64,000 bases of DNA from a virus: IMG/VR virus record IMGVR_UViG_3300009068_004979; one strand, 5' to 3'. This document shows, one piece after another, positions 46,247 through 55,657 of this stretch. The notes beneath the pieces are model-generated. The model made no database searches, was not told the DNA's origin, and saw nothing but the letters and a program-made list of their open reading frames with translations. The position numbers and the translations under genes were made by a program. Numbering within the stretch: position 1 is the first letter of the stretch; the number at the start of each line of letters is the position of its first letter.

Positions 46247-48064
46247 ATGCCTGATTCAGCTAATTCTAATTATCAAGGTAAAGAAAACCAAGGAAATTTC
46301 GGTCGCGAGCTGATGAAATATGTTTCATCTAGACTGCCTTACACCTCTTTAAATGTAGCTGATAAAATCAATCAACTCAATCCTAAGTATGAGTTGTTTT
46401 ATGATCAGGGCACAAAGCGTGATGAAGCACTCTCCAGACAGTCTATAGCTTCCTCTATTGCATATACGGAAGACATGTATGCAAATGTTATTCAAAATAA
46501 AGATTATCATGAGTTCATGTATGCTAACGTACAGCCTGACAAAGGTCGTCGCCTTATGGACTACCGCGTTATGGCAGCTTATTCTGAAGTTGCAGACGCG
46601 TTAGATGAAATTTGTGACGAATTTATCAATAAAGATGATAATGGTGATATTGTTAAGCTTAATATTGATAACCCCGACCTCTCTGATCAACAGAAAGGTG
46701 AGCTAGCTCGCGAATGCAAGAAGTTTGTAGAGTTATTTGATCTTGAACATAAAGGCTGGGAATACCTCAGAGGGTTATTAGTAGACGCAGAGCTATATTA
46801 CGAGCATATTATTCATAAAAAATATCCTAAAGAGGGTATTCTCGGTGTTATGGCTATTCCTTCAGAGGTTATTGATCCAATTTACAGCAATGTACAAAAC
46901 ATGGTTATTAAAGGCTATCTGTTAAGAAAAAATATTTATGATGCTCGCAATCCAATGAAGGTGGTTAAACAGGAGCTCATACCAATGGATACAAATCAAG
47001 TTACCTATATCAATTCTGGTATTTGGAATGAAAATAAAACAGTACGTCTTCCGTTCATAGAAAATGCTCGTAGAGCCTACCGTCAGTTGAGCCTTATTGA
47101 AGATGCAATTGTAATTTATCGCTTGGTCCGTGCACCAGAGCGTTTGGTCTTCAATGTGGATGTGGGCAATATGCCGCCACCCAAAGCAGAAGCATATCTA
47201 AGAAAATTAATGACCAATTATTGGTCTAAGAGAACATATGATGCAGATCAAGGTGCCACAGTTCAAAAATTCAGCCCACAATCCATGCTTGACAGCTTTT
47301 GGTTTGCCAAGCGGGCTGGCAGTGAAGGCACTTCTGTAACTCAATTGCCCGGTGGTGCTAATCTCGGTGAACTGGCAGACTTAATGTACTTTGTTAAAAA
47401 ACTTTACAAAGCCCTCAAAGTACCAGTAACCAGATTAGATGCTGATGATGCATTCCGTGATGGTACTGATATTCTTCGTGAAGAATTAAAATTTGCTCGC
47501 TTCATTATTCGATTGCAGCAGAGATTCGCTACCGGGCTCAAGAATGGATTTATTACACATCTCAAGCTCAAAGGTATCTGGGAAAAGCTCAAGTTAAAAG
47601 ATTCAGAATTAGACCTCGTATTCAATGTACCAACAAATTTTTACGAACTACGTGAAAATCAAAAATTCCAGCTAAAGGCTGAAAATTTCAATAGCATCAC
47701 ACAAAGTGACTTGGTTTCCAAGACGTACGCACAGAAAAAATATCTTGGCTGGTCAGATTCAGATGTTATGGCCAATAGAGAATTTCTACGTAAAGATAGG
47801 GAATTACTCTGGGAACTTGATCAAATTACAAATGCTGGTCCCAATTGGCAAGACGAAGGTGCTACAGTTTCAGGTGCAGCTCCTGAAGCAGGCGGTGCAG
47901 CTGCTGGTGGAGCTTCTGCTCTAGGTGGTGCACCAGCTGCAGCTGGTGGTGCTGAAACACCGCCAGAATTTGGTCCTGGACCTGGTGAAGCAGGTGCAAC
48001 AGCTCCTGAAGCAGGTGCAGGTGGTGAAGCTGGAGGCGGCGAAGCAGCAGCAGGAGGAGCATAA
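46247..48064 (+). CDS. 20: Portal protein gp20
   Basis: QLSLIEDAIVIYRLVRAPERLVFNVDVGNMP, LPGGANLG, LYKALKVP, REELKF; G/A/E-rich C-terminal tail. Confidence 0.96.
   Translation: MPDSANSNYQGKENQGNFGRELMKYVSSRLPYTSLNVADKINQLNPKYELFYDQGTKRDEALSRQSIASSIAYTEDMYANVIQNKDYHEFMYANVQPDKGRRLMDYRVMAAYSEVADALDEICDEFINKDDNGDIVKLNIDNPDLSDQQKGELARECKKFVELFDLEHKGWEYLRGLLVDAELYYEHIIHKKYPKEGILGVMAIPSEVIDPIYSNVQNMVIKGYLLRKNIYDARNPMKVVKQELIPMDTNQVTYINSGIWNENKTVRLPFIENARRAYRQLSLIEDAIVIYRLVRAPERLVFNVDVGNMPPPKAEAYLRKLMTNYWSKRTYDADQGATVQKFSPQSMLDSFWFAKRAGSEGTSVTQLPGGANLGELADLMYFVKKLYKALKVPVTRLDADDAFRDGTDILREELKFARFIIRLQQRFATGLKNGFITHLKLKGIWEKLKLKDSELDLVFNVPTNFYELRENQKFQLKAENFNSITQSDLVSKTYAQKKYLGWSDSDVMANREFLRKDRELLWELDQITNAGPNWQDEGATVSGAAPEAGGAAAGGASALGGAPAAAGGAETPPEFGPGPGEAGATAPEAGAGGEAGGGEAAAGGA
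47860..48060 (+). repeat. Low-complexity Gly/Ala/Glu-coding tract at the portal C-terminus
   Basis: Repeated GCAGGT/GGTG units; GCTCCTGAAGCAGG occurs twice. Confidence 0.6.
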
Positions 48065-48065
48065 A

Positions 48066-49142
48066 ATGGATTGCAATGCCGTTACGCCCATCTCAGCTTT
48101 TCAAAGTACCAACTTAACAAGCAAAATAGATTCATTTGGTCGCCTGGGTGATCGTATCACGCGCGCGCTAGGCGCACCCATGGTTAATATTGAAATTCAC
48201 CATGATCAGCTTTTTGAAAATATCTCTATTGCATGTGAAATGTTTGCAAAGTATGCAGGGTATACAGAAGAGTATCTAGTTTTTGATTCTAATCTCTATG
48301 AAGATGGTAAAGGTCTTAGAGTTGATAGTCTTTTTAGTATTACGCCATATTTTAATAAAACTATTCAATCCTATACAACAGTGTATGCAGCAACATCCAC
48401 AATAAAAGGATCTTTATTTGCTTCTTCTTCTGCTTTATCGGCCACCTATGTGGATGGTATTTTTGAAAATCAAATTTTAACCAGAACAAACTACCTAAGC
48501 GTTACAAACTTTAACACATCACTTACTGCATATTTTAATCCTTCTATGAATAGCCAGGCAAAGCTTGTTAATAGCTTTGATTATGATACTATGGAATATC
48601 GTAAGGTAATTGATATTTTTAATTTTGAAGAAGGAAGCTCAACAGGTGTCAATACATTATTCACCATTGAGCAAACATTAGCACAGCAAACATATTTTAG
48701 CTATGCCATGGGTAACTATGGTTTTGATTTAGTGAGCTGGTATGTACTTAAAAATTGGCTAGATGTGCGCGAAAAGGTTTTAGCTATTCGTCGGTCTTTT
48801 ACTTTTGATCCTAGAACACAATATCTGGTAATGTATCCACCGCCTCGCACACCAGGTTCTGGTAGTCGATTCTGGGGTGCAGTTTCATGCTATGTGGAAA
48901 GACCATTAAGAGATATTATCAAAGAAAACTGGGTGTATCAATATGCGCTTGCTTTATCTAAAATCGCAGTAGGCAATGTAAGAGGCAAATATCAAAACAC
49001 AACTTTGTTCGGTGGTGGCTCAATCAATTACAATGACTTGCTATCCCAAGGTTTAGCAGAAAAAGCTGCATTAGAGCAAAAGCTATATGAAGGTGCTCCA
49101 GGTCTTGGAGATGCTGCTCCACCTACTTTCTTTGTTGGATAA
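48066..49142 (+). CDS. 13: Neck protein gp13-like (start corrected to ATG 48066)
   Basis: RALGAPMVNIEI..DQL, WVYQYALAL.K...G..RGKY...L.GG..IN, PPTFFVG. Confidence 0.85.
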   Translation: MDCNAVTPISAFQSTNLTSKIDSFGRLGDRITRALGAPMVNIEIHHDQLFENISIACEMFAKYAGYTEEYLVFDSNLYEDGKGLRVDSLFSITPYFNKTIQSYTTVYAATSTIKGSLFASSSALSATYVDGIFENQILTRTNYLSVTNFNTSLTAYFNPSMNSQAKLVNSFDYDTMEYRKVIDIFNFEEGSSTGVNTLFTIEQTLAQQTYFSYAMGNYGFDLVSWYVLKNWLDVREKVLAIRRSFTFDPRTQYLVMYPPPRTPGSGSRFWGAVSCYVERPLRDIIKENWVYQYALALSKIAVGNVRGKYQNTTLFGGGSINYNDLLSQGLAEKAALEQKLYEGAPGLGDAAPPTFFVG

Positions 49143-49144
49143 TC

Positions 49145-49603
49145 ATGATTCCCTTGCAAGGAAATGGTAAATACAGGCAAGGTGTATTTCGTCCCCAAAA
49201 TGCAGCAAAATACATTGGAAGAGAGCAGCCAGTGTACAGATCAGGCTGGGAATTAAAATTCTTTAGATGGTGTGACAATAATCCTAATGTAGTAGAATGG
49301 GCAAGTGAAGCCGTTGTTATACCGTACTTGAATCCTTTAGATGGTAAGTACCACCGTTATTATACTGATGGTATTGTAGCTATCAAAGAGGGAGACAAGG
49401 TGAACAAGTATATCATAGAGATCAAACCAAGTGAACAGCTGGCTATACCAGTTAAAGGCCGCAAAAGAATGAGTACCATGGTATATGAGAATAAAAGATA
49501 TGTACAAAATCAATCCAAGTGGCAAGCTGCTAAGAAATGGTGCGATCAACGCAACTTCAAATTTCTTATATTGACTGAAAAAGAATTAGGTATAAATAAA
49601 TGA
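49145..49603 (+). CDS. 4: Head completion nuclease gp4-like
   Basis: G.FRPQNAAKY.G, YRSGWE..F..WCD, WASE, HRYY.D, IEIKP, ILTE. Confidence 0.9.
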   Translation: MIPLQGNGKYRQGVFRPQNAAKYIGREQPVYRSGWELKFFRWCDNNPNVVEWASEAVVIPYLNPLDGKYHRYYTDGIVAIKEGDKVNKYIIEIKPSEQLAIPVKGRKRMSTMVYENKRYVQNQSKWQAAKKWCDQRNFKFLILTEKELGINK

Positions 49604-49626
49604 GCATTAAACCAATAAATAATAAT

Positions 49627-50298
49627 ATGGCACTACATCTGCTTGTAGAAACTCCCGCTCCAGAAGAGCAATTTGAATATATTTTAGAGGAGAAAAACCC
49701 TAAAGAACCTGCAAAACTTTTTATTCAAGGGCCATACATGATGTGCAATGAAGTTAACAAGAACCAGCGTGTTTATGTAAGAGAAGACATGGAGCGCGAA
49801 GTGAGACGCTATGTTAAAGAGATGATTGATACAAAGAGAGCCATGGGTGAGCTCAATCACCCTACATCAGCTGAAGTGAATCTCGAAAGAGCATGTCATT
49901 TAACTACCAATCTTCGCATGGAAGGTAATTTTGTCTATGGAAGATCACAAGTTCTCTCAACACCCATGGGACAAATTGTAAGATCTCTTATTAATGATGG
50001 TGTTAAAGTTGGCATGTCAAGCCGTGCTCTTGGCAAGCTAAATGAAGAGTCTGGTGGTGTTAACCGTGTAACTGACATGAGATTAGTAGCTGTTGACTGT
50101 GTTGCTGATCCATCGTGCCCCAAAGCATTTGTAAATGGTATCTTGGAAAGCAAACAATTTGTTGTAGCTGCAGATGGTACACTAGAAGAATTCTTTGAAA
50201 AATTTGAAAATAGTCTTAAAAATTTACCCAGAAAGGAAGTTGAATCGTTTTTAAAGGAGCAAATTCTTGGTTTCTTTAAAATGTTAAAAACCAGTTAA
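49627..50298 (+). CDS. 21: Prohead protease gp21
   Basis: NKNQRVY, GELNHP, TPMG, GMSSRALG, DCVADPS; TAAATA 5 nt upstream of ATG 49627. Confidence 0.95.
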   Translation: MALHLLVETPAPEEQFEYILEEKNPKEPAKLFIQGPYMMCNEVNKNQRVYVREDMEREVRRYVKEMIDTKRAMGELNHPTSAEVNLERACHLTTNLRMEGNFVYGRSQVLSTPMGQIVRSLINDGVKVGMSSRALGKLNEESGGVNRVTDMRLVAVDCVADPSCPKAFVNGILESKQFVVAADGTLEEFFEKFENSLKNLPRKEVESFLKEQILGFFKMLKTS

Positions 50299-50327
50299 TT
50301 TTTAACTAGAAACAACTAAATAATTAT

Positions 50328-50639
50328 ATGCCATTGAAATCCGGAAGCTCACAGAAAGTGATCAGTCAGAATGTTAAGACTGAAATGGATAAATTCAAGA
50401 AGACCGGTAAAATCGGAACATCCAAGCCTGAATCCAAAGCTGCAGCACAAAAACAGGCTGTTGCCATTGCTCTTAAGAAAGCTGGCAAAAGCCAAGTTAG
50501 TGAGCAGCAAAATATAATTTCCTTTTTAAAAGCGGTTTCTCAGAAAAATTATTCTGAAGCAAATAAATATTTACAGGAAGTGGTTAATTCAAAGCTCAAA
50601 GCTAGAATAGAAGCTGCTTCCAAAAACAAAATTTTTTAA
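50328..50639 (+). CDS. Prohead core protein (gp67-like C-terminal half) with a basic N-terminal module
   Basis: Between gp21 and gp22; MPLKSGSSQKVIS...KQAVAIAL then VSEQ...IISFLKAV...A..YL..V...KL..RI. Confidence 0.55.
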   Translation: MPLKSGSSQKVISQNVKTEMDKFKKTGKIGTSKPESKAAAQKQAVAIALKKAGKSQVSEQQNIISFLKAVSQKNYSEANKYLQEVVNSKLKARIEAASKNKIF

Positions 50640-50642
50640 TTT

Positions 50643-51530
50643 ATGGAAACAAAAAACATCGTTAACATTCTAAGAGAAGCAACCAAGGATATTCTCACTG
50701 AAGATATTCTTAAAGAAATTGAAACAGCTTTTAATGACACAGTCAATGAAAGAGTAACTATTCATGTTGAAAAAGCGCTAGCTGAACAGGATACAGATTA
50801 TTCCAATAAGCTAGAGAAGCTTCTAGAAGCTATTGATGCAGATCACACAGTAAAATTAAACAAAGTAGTACAAGCTGTTGACGCTGATCGCGCCAAGAAG
50901 CTTGAGACTGTTGTTGAGAAATATCAGACTGCTCTTAATGAAGAAGCAGCAAAGTTTAAGACCAATTTAGTAGATCAAATCAGCAACTATCTTGATTTGT
51001 ATCTAGAAGAAAAACTTCCTACAAAGGAATTGCAAGAAGCAGTAAACAACAAGAGAGCCATTGAAATTCTAAATGAACTTCGTGGCACCCTCTCAGTTGA
51101 TATGGCACTTGCTAAAGAGTCAATCCGCGACGCAGTCGTCGATGGTAAGACCAAATTAGATGAAGCTGCAAAGCAGCTTGAAGACGCCAATTCCAAGGTT
51201 ACTTCTCTAACAGAGAGCCTTGAGAAGACAAGAGCTACATTAGTACTTGAACAGAAACTATCTGGTTTAAATGCCGAAAAGAAAGAGTATATGAAAAAAA
51301 TGCTCGACGGTAAGTCAGAAAAGTTTATTGTAGAGAACTTTAAGTATACACTTGGTCTTTTCGAGAAAACCGAAGAAGAACGTCTCCAGAATCTAAAGAA
51401 CGAGGCTGTCACTGAAACAGTATCAAAAGAAGTTGACAGACCCGTAATCGAGGAATCGAAACAGGAAGCAAAGTCTGCAAGTAATGAACCAGCATTTGGT
51501 CTTTACATGTCAGAGCTTGGTAAGTATTGA
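50643..51530 (+). CDS. 22: Prohead core scaffold gp22
   Basis: Acidic coiled coil, LVDQISNYLD, directly upstream of the major capsid gene. Confidence 0.85.
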   Translation: METKNIVNILREATKDILTEDILKEIETAFNDTVNERVTIHVEKALAEQDTDYSNKLEKLLEAIDADHTVKLNKVVQAVDADRAKKLETVVEKYQTALNEEAAKFKTNLVDQISNYLDLYLEEKLPTKELQEAVNNKRAIEILNELRGTLSVDMALAKESIRDAVVDGKTKLDEAAKQLEDANSKVTSLTESLEKTRATLVLEQKLSGLNAEKKEYMKKMLDGKSEKFIVENFKYTLGLFEKTEEERLQNLKNEAVTETVSKEVDRPVIEESKQEAKSASNEPAFGLYMSELGKY

Positions 51531-51562
51531 TTTCGCTTTCTGTTGAGGCAGATCCTGAACAG

Positions 51563-51568
51563 TAAATA
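51563..51568 (+). promoter_or_regulatory. Late promoter of the major capsid gene
   Basis: TAAATA 35 nt upstream of ATG. Confidence 0.55.
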
Positions 51569-51603
51569 AAGGTCGACATTAGTAATAGGAAATTTATACT
51601 ATT

Positions 51604-53142
51604 ATGGCAAAACAAATCCGTCCTACACAGGCATACATTGATGAGTCTCGCGCTCGTGTGTTGCTTGAGAAGTGGGGTCCAGTATTGGACTACTCTTCCA
51701 ACAACGTAAGAGCAATCGAAGACGATCACACACGTCTCAATACCGCCATTCTCTTGGAAAACCAGGAAAAGTGGTGCTTTGAGGCTAACAACGCTTCCGG
51801 TGGTACTGCAGGCGGCCTACCTTATGGTCAGGCTGGCTCAGGCGTATTCGGTGGTGAAACAGGTGGCGCCGGTTCATTCGGCAACCAGTTCCCATCACAG
51901 AATGATAACGCATACGCCGCAGGCGATGCTCGTCTTCCGAAGATTCTCATCCCAATGATCAGACGTACGTTCCCTGAGTTGATCACTAACGAAATCGTTG
52001 GTGTTCAGCCCATGAGCGGCCCTGTCGGACTTGCTTTCGCACTTCGTTACAAGTATGAGCCTACCAACTTAGGTTATCAGTCTGGTTCGTTGGACGCAAG
52101 TTCATCATCCCAGTACTACAACAACCTAAGAGGTCTCTCTGCTAACCCTGAATTGGGTTACCAGTACCTCGACACAAGATTCACTGGTGCTTCGTCATCA
52201 GCCTTGTCCGGGGCCACAGGTTTCTTCCAGATGCTCGATCAAGATCGTGGCGTTGCTCAGTTGCTCAGCCAGTTTGAGTTAACAAGCAATATCCCACAGA
52301 TTGTGGTTAGCTTTGAGAAGACTGCAGTTGAAGCTGGTACACGTAGACTCGCAGCTCGTTGGTCAGTTGAACTCGAGCAGGACTTGAAGAACATGAACGG
52401 TATTGATATCGACACTGAGCTCACAAACGCTATGTCTTATGAGCTACAGGCCGAAATCGATCGTGAAATGATCATCAGAATGATTCAGACAGCACTCAAC
52501 GCCGGTTACGGCCAAGGGTTCTCAGTCTGGTCACCTGCTTCAGCAGACGGCCGTTGGCTCGTCGAGCGCAATCGTGACTTCTACCAGAGACTCATCGTTG
52601 AGGCTAACCGTATCGCTGTACGTAACCGCCGTGGTTCAGCTAATTTCGTTGTTGCAACACCTCGTGTGTGCGCAATCCTCGAAATGCTACCTGAATTCCA
52701 GTGGGCACCAGTACAGGGTAATGTTAATACTCAGCCAGTCGGAGTTGCAAAAGTGGGTTCCCTCGCAGGTCGCTTCAACGTGTATCGTGATACACGCACA
52801 GAGGCACAGTTCGAAGCAAATGCTGGCGGTAATTTCGGTGGCTCGGGTCCATTCCCAGCCAACGGTGTTACAGTCGCAAATACTCGTACAACACGTCTTG
52901 AATATGCTCTCCTTGGCTACAAGGGTCCGGAATTCTACGACACTGGTATCATCTATTGTCCGTACATTCCAGTCATGGTGCAGAGAACAATTGGTCCAAA
53001 TGACTTCGCTCCACGCGTTGGTCTATTGACCCGCTATGGTGTTGTTGACAACATCTTTGGCGCTAATCTCTACTACCACGTCATCATCCTTCAGGGTCTT
53101 GGCACAGCATTCCTACCTGGTCAGCAAGCCGTTTACTTCTAA
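51604..53142 (+). CDS. 23: Major capsid protein gp23
   Basis: LLEKW.PVL, LLENQ, GVQPMSGP.GL.FALR, ELEQDLK, EIDRE, YCPYIP, TRYG. Confidence 0.97.
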   Translation: MAKQIRPTQAYIDESRARVLLEKWGPVLDYSSNNVRAIEDDHTRLNTAILLENQEKWCFEANNASGGTAGGLPYGQAGSGVFGGETGGAGSFGNQFPSQNDNAYAAGDARLPKILIPMIRRTFPELITNEIVGVQPMSGPVGLAFALRYKYEPTNLGYQSGSLDASSSSQYYNNLRGLSANPELGYQYLDTRFTGASSSALSGATGFFQMLDQDRGVAQLLSQFELTSNIPQIVVSFEKTAVEAGTRRLAARWSVELEQDLKNMNGIDIDTELTNAMSYELQAEIDREMIIRMIQTALNAGYGQGFSVWSPASADGRWLVERNRDFYQRLIVEANRIAVRNRRGSANFVVATPRVCAILEMLPEFQWAPVQGNVNTQPVGVAKVGSLAGRFNVYRDTRTEAQFEANAGGNFGGSGPFPANGVTVANTRTTRLEYALLGYKGPEFYDTGIIYCPYIPVMVQRTIGPNDFAPRVGLLTRYGVVDNIFGANLYYHVIILQGLGTAFLPGQQAVYF

Positions 53143-53218
53143 ACAAAGTACTCACTTCTGTCCTGATAGGCAGGGGATCAAAAGAAAATATTTTCACCTG
53201 GTCAGTCCCAGGAAATTT

Positions 53219-53251
53219 AAAAAAGGGCCTCTTGCGGGGCCCTTTTTTTTT
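53219..53251 (+). terminator. Intrinsic terminator after gp23
   Basis: AAAAGGGCCTC-ttgc-GGGGCCCTTTTTTTTT. Confidence 0.9.
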
Positions 53252-53305
53252 GGAAAAATAGTTGTATACTTGAAAAAAGTGCAAAATCTAGAATAAATAC
53301 TTTAT

Positions 53306-53839
53306 ATGGCAACAACAGTTACAGCTCCATTTTCTACTAATGCAACCAATACTGCTACATTCAATAGTGCAGTCTCTTCATTTACAGCTTATATTCCAGC
53401 CTCCGGCTTGATTGACAGCAACTTCCCAACAGGTGTTCTATCCGGTAGCAACACAGTGTATAGTGGATCTCTTTCATTTGTACTCACAGCCATAGCTGGC
53501 AATACCATTGCTGGTGGCGATTCATCCATTCTTTTGACAGTATCTGCTGCTCCTGGTAATAACCTTTTCTACGGCTTTGTAAAAAGTAGCTCTTATGTGC
53601 CTGCAACAAGAATAGCCACATTTGCTATTGGATTTTATGGATCAGACTATATTTCAACAACCATCAATCTTTCAGCCAACGGCGTTTCCAATGTGGTTGT
53701 TGCAGATCCAACATTGTCTTCACCATTTGATATAGCATTCCAGTACGTACCAGGTTTGGATAACGATGTACTCGGTGGCAATGTTTCCTACATTCACACA
53801 GTATCAGACTTCCTCAGAAGACTGAATCTTAACGGCTAA
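53306..53839 (+). CDS. Putative virion (capsid decoration?) protein
   Basis: TAAATA 6 nt upstream; S/T/A/G-rich, few charged residues; follows gp23. Confidence 0.5.
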   Translation: MATTVTAPFSTNATNTATFNSAVSSFTAYIPASGLIDSNFPTGVLSGSNTVYSGSLSFVLTAIAGNTIAGGDSSILLTVSAAPGNNLFYGFVKSSSYVPATRIATFAIGFYGSDYISTTINLSANGVSNVVVADPTLSSPFDIAFQYVPGLDNDVLGGNVSYIHTVSDFLRRLNLNG

Positions 53840-54754
53840 TTACTGCCGCGGTGTTTTAACAAAATACTTGTACTGATCCACTAGCACTTTATCAAGTAAT
53901 TCTGCTTTGTTTGCTCTGGTAGGATTAATATCAATGCCACCTCTGCGCACATACAAGCAAGACACTACAAGTTCTTCTGGTTCAAATCTATCATAGATTC
54001 TTTTGTAGATGGTCTCGCAAATCTCTTCATGAAAATGACACTCGTCCCTGAATGATACAACATACTTTAACACCGATGTTACATTGAACAGATGCTTGCC
54101 TTTGTAGTGAATGTACACATCACCCCAATCTGGCTGTGATGTTACTCTGCAATTGCTCTTCAATAAAGCAGAATGAAATCTCTGAGTCTTAGATTCAGTT
54201 AATAATTCTGCGCTCAACAAATTAGGATTCTCCTTGTAATCTGCAGTCTCAATAGTTGTAACATCAATAAGATTCTCCAGAGTAGGATAAGAGCCATTAC
54301 TAAAGATAGGCGGATAGTAAACACTATCATCAACTGCAGCGGTCAAACGAACATAGACCCGAACTTCTGTTTCTAATAGGTCGGATAGATCATTACGAAT
54401 TTTTGCTTCAAGCTGTTGCAGCACGTTAATTATTGTGCCATCAAACACTTCCATGTTAAAGGAATTCATGTACAGTTTGATGGACTTGGATTCCACAATG
54501 TATTTGTTATTAGCAGGATACACAATCTTTGCCACAGCTGCAATGGGCATGCCATATTCTGTTAAGCATGAAACTTCATATGCATTCCAAATATCATAAC
54601 CGGCAAAGGGAGGTGCATCATCACTGATATTCAAGTGTTTTCTGTTGTTAGCCCGGGGCTCTCTAACGAGCAGAGATGGATCATAGGTACACTTGTATCC
54701 TGTTATTTTGCCCAGATGCTTTGATATGTTACTGTTATCTAATTCCGTGTTCAT
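53840..54754 (-). CDS. queF: NADPH-dependent preQ0 reductase QueF (two-domain type)
   Basis: DIWNAYEVS, VESKSIKLY, LKSNCRVTSQPDWG, FHEEICE, RRGGIDINP. Confidence 0.95.
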   Translation of the reverse strand: MNTELDNSNISKHLGKITGYKCTYDPSLLVREPRANNRKHLNISDDAPPFAGYDIWNAYEVSCLTEYGMPIAAVAKIVYPANNKYIVESKSIKLYMNSFNMEVFDGTIINVLQQLEAKIRNDLSDLLETEVRVYVRLTAAVDDSVYYPPIFSNGSYPTLENLIDVTTIETADYKENPNLLSAELLTESKTQRFHSALLKSNCRVTSQPDWGDVYIHYKGKHLFNVTSVLKYVVSFRDECHFHEEICETIYKRIYDRFEPEELVVSCLYVRRGGIDINPTRANKAELLDKVLVDQYKYFVKTPRQ

Positions 54755-55322
54755 TAAGTTTTATTTTAATTGCTTCCATTCGATCTTCCACTGTTCCCTT
54801 TAAGATAGTTACTTTTCCCTTTAGTCTTTCATCTGACAACCAGAAATTTTCATATAGATCAATAATTGCATCTCTAAATTCTTTATTAACACTTCTCTCA
54901 CCATCATCTACTAACGGAACATCATGAGGACTTGGATAGAAGATATGATCATACCTATGAATATGATTCACATAGTACATCAATCCCAAACTATTAGACA
55001 CAGGAAAATCATTCAACTTCCCTCTAGCAAAATAAGTTGTAAACACCATGCCATCCATCAAGCAACGATCATGCAGTATGCCTTGAAATCCAAACCCTTT
55101 GTAATTATAGAATAAATTCTCAAACTCCTTATTAAGAATCAAAGTTTGAGTTACATCATTTGCACCAGTTTCATTTATATCAACCCCATACTCGCGTTTA
55201 ATCAGTCTAGTAACTTCATCAATGTAGCAAAGCTTAGAACCATAGTACTCCTTACACTTCTTTAAAAGAGTAGTCTTACCCGAACACTGCGGACCTGTAA
55301 AAGTAAAAATCATTTGCCCCAC
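54735..55322 (-). CDS. P-loop nucleotide kinase-like protein
   Basis: GPQCSGKTT, HDRCLMD, DDGERS. Confidence 0.8.
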   Translation of the reverse strand: MGQMIFTFTGPQCSGKTTLLKKCKEYYGSKLCYIDEVTRLIKREYGVDINETGANDVTQTLILNKEFENLFYNYKGFGFQGILHDRCLMDGMVFTTYFARGKLNDFPVSNSLGLMYYVNHIHRYDHIFYPSPHDVPLVDDGERSVNKEFRDAIIDLYENFWLSDERLKGKVTILKGTVEDRMEAIKIKLNEHGIR

Positions 55323-55657
55323 TTACCATTATATACTATTTCTGCTATAATGCCATACACTGCTGAGTCTCTAAATGCATCCATGACAGGCTCATTAGCC
55401 GAATTCATGGCTTTCTTTTTTAAGACCAAATTAATTAGGCGTTGAATTTTATCATTGAGGCGCACCACAATGGCAGAAACTGCTGCAAATTTATCCTCTT
55501 GTTTTACCAGATCAGAACCCAAAGAAATATTTCCTGGACCATAGTCAAACTGTTTCTTGCAAAATGTTTCGTATAATTCAGCTTGTATTTTTTGAAACTC
55601 TTTGCATGTTTCTGGAAAATTTTTCTCAACGTATTTGACAATATCTTCTTTGTTCAT
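55310..55657 (-). CDS. DUF1599-like nucleotide-modification-associated protein (all-alpha NTP pyrophosphatase-like)
   Basis: KKQFDYG..N, RLNDKIQRL.NL, E...D...D...YGII. Confidence 0.7.
   Translation of the reverse strand: MNKEDIVKYVEKNFPETCKEFQKIQAELYETFCKKQFDYGPGNISLGSDLVKQEDKFAAVSAIVVRLNDKIQRLINLVLKKKAMNSANEPVMDAFRDSAVYGIIAEIVYNGKWGK

Noticed and set aside
47925-48065. N-terminal extension of the 405-aa ORF and the Leu/Gln/His-rich ORFs at 47706-48062
   Set aside because: Alternate-frame read-through of the Gly/Ala-rich portal tail; gp13 plausibly starts at ATG 48066
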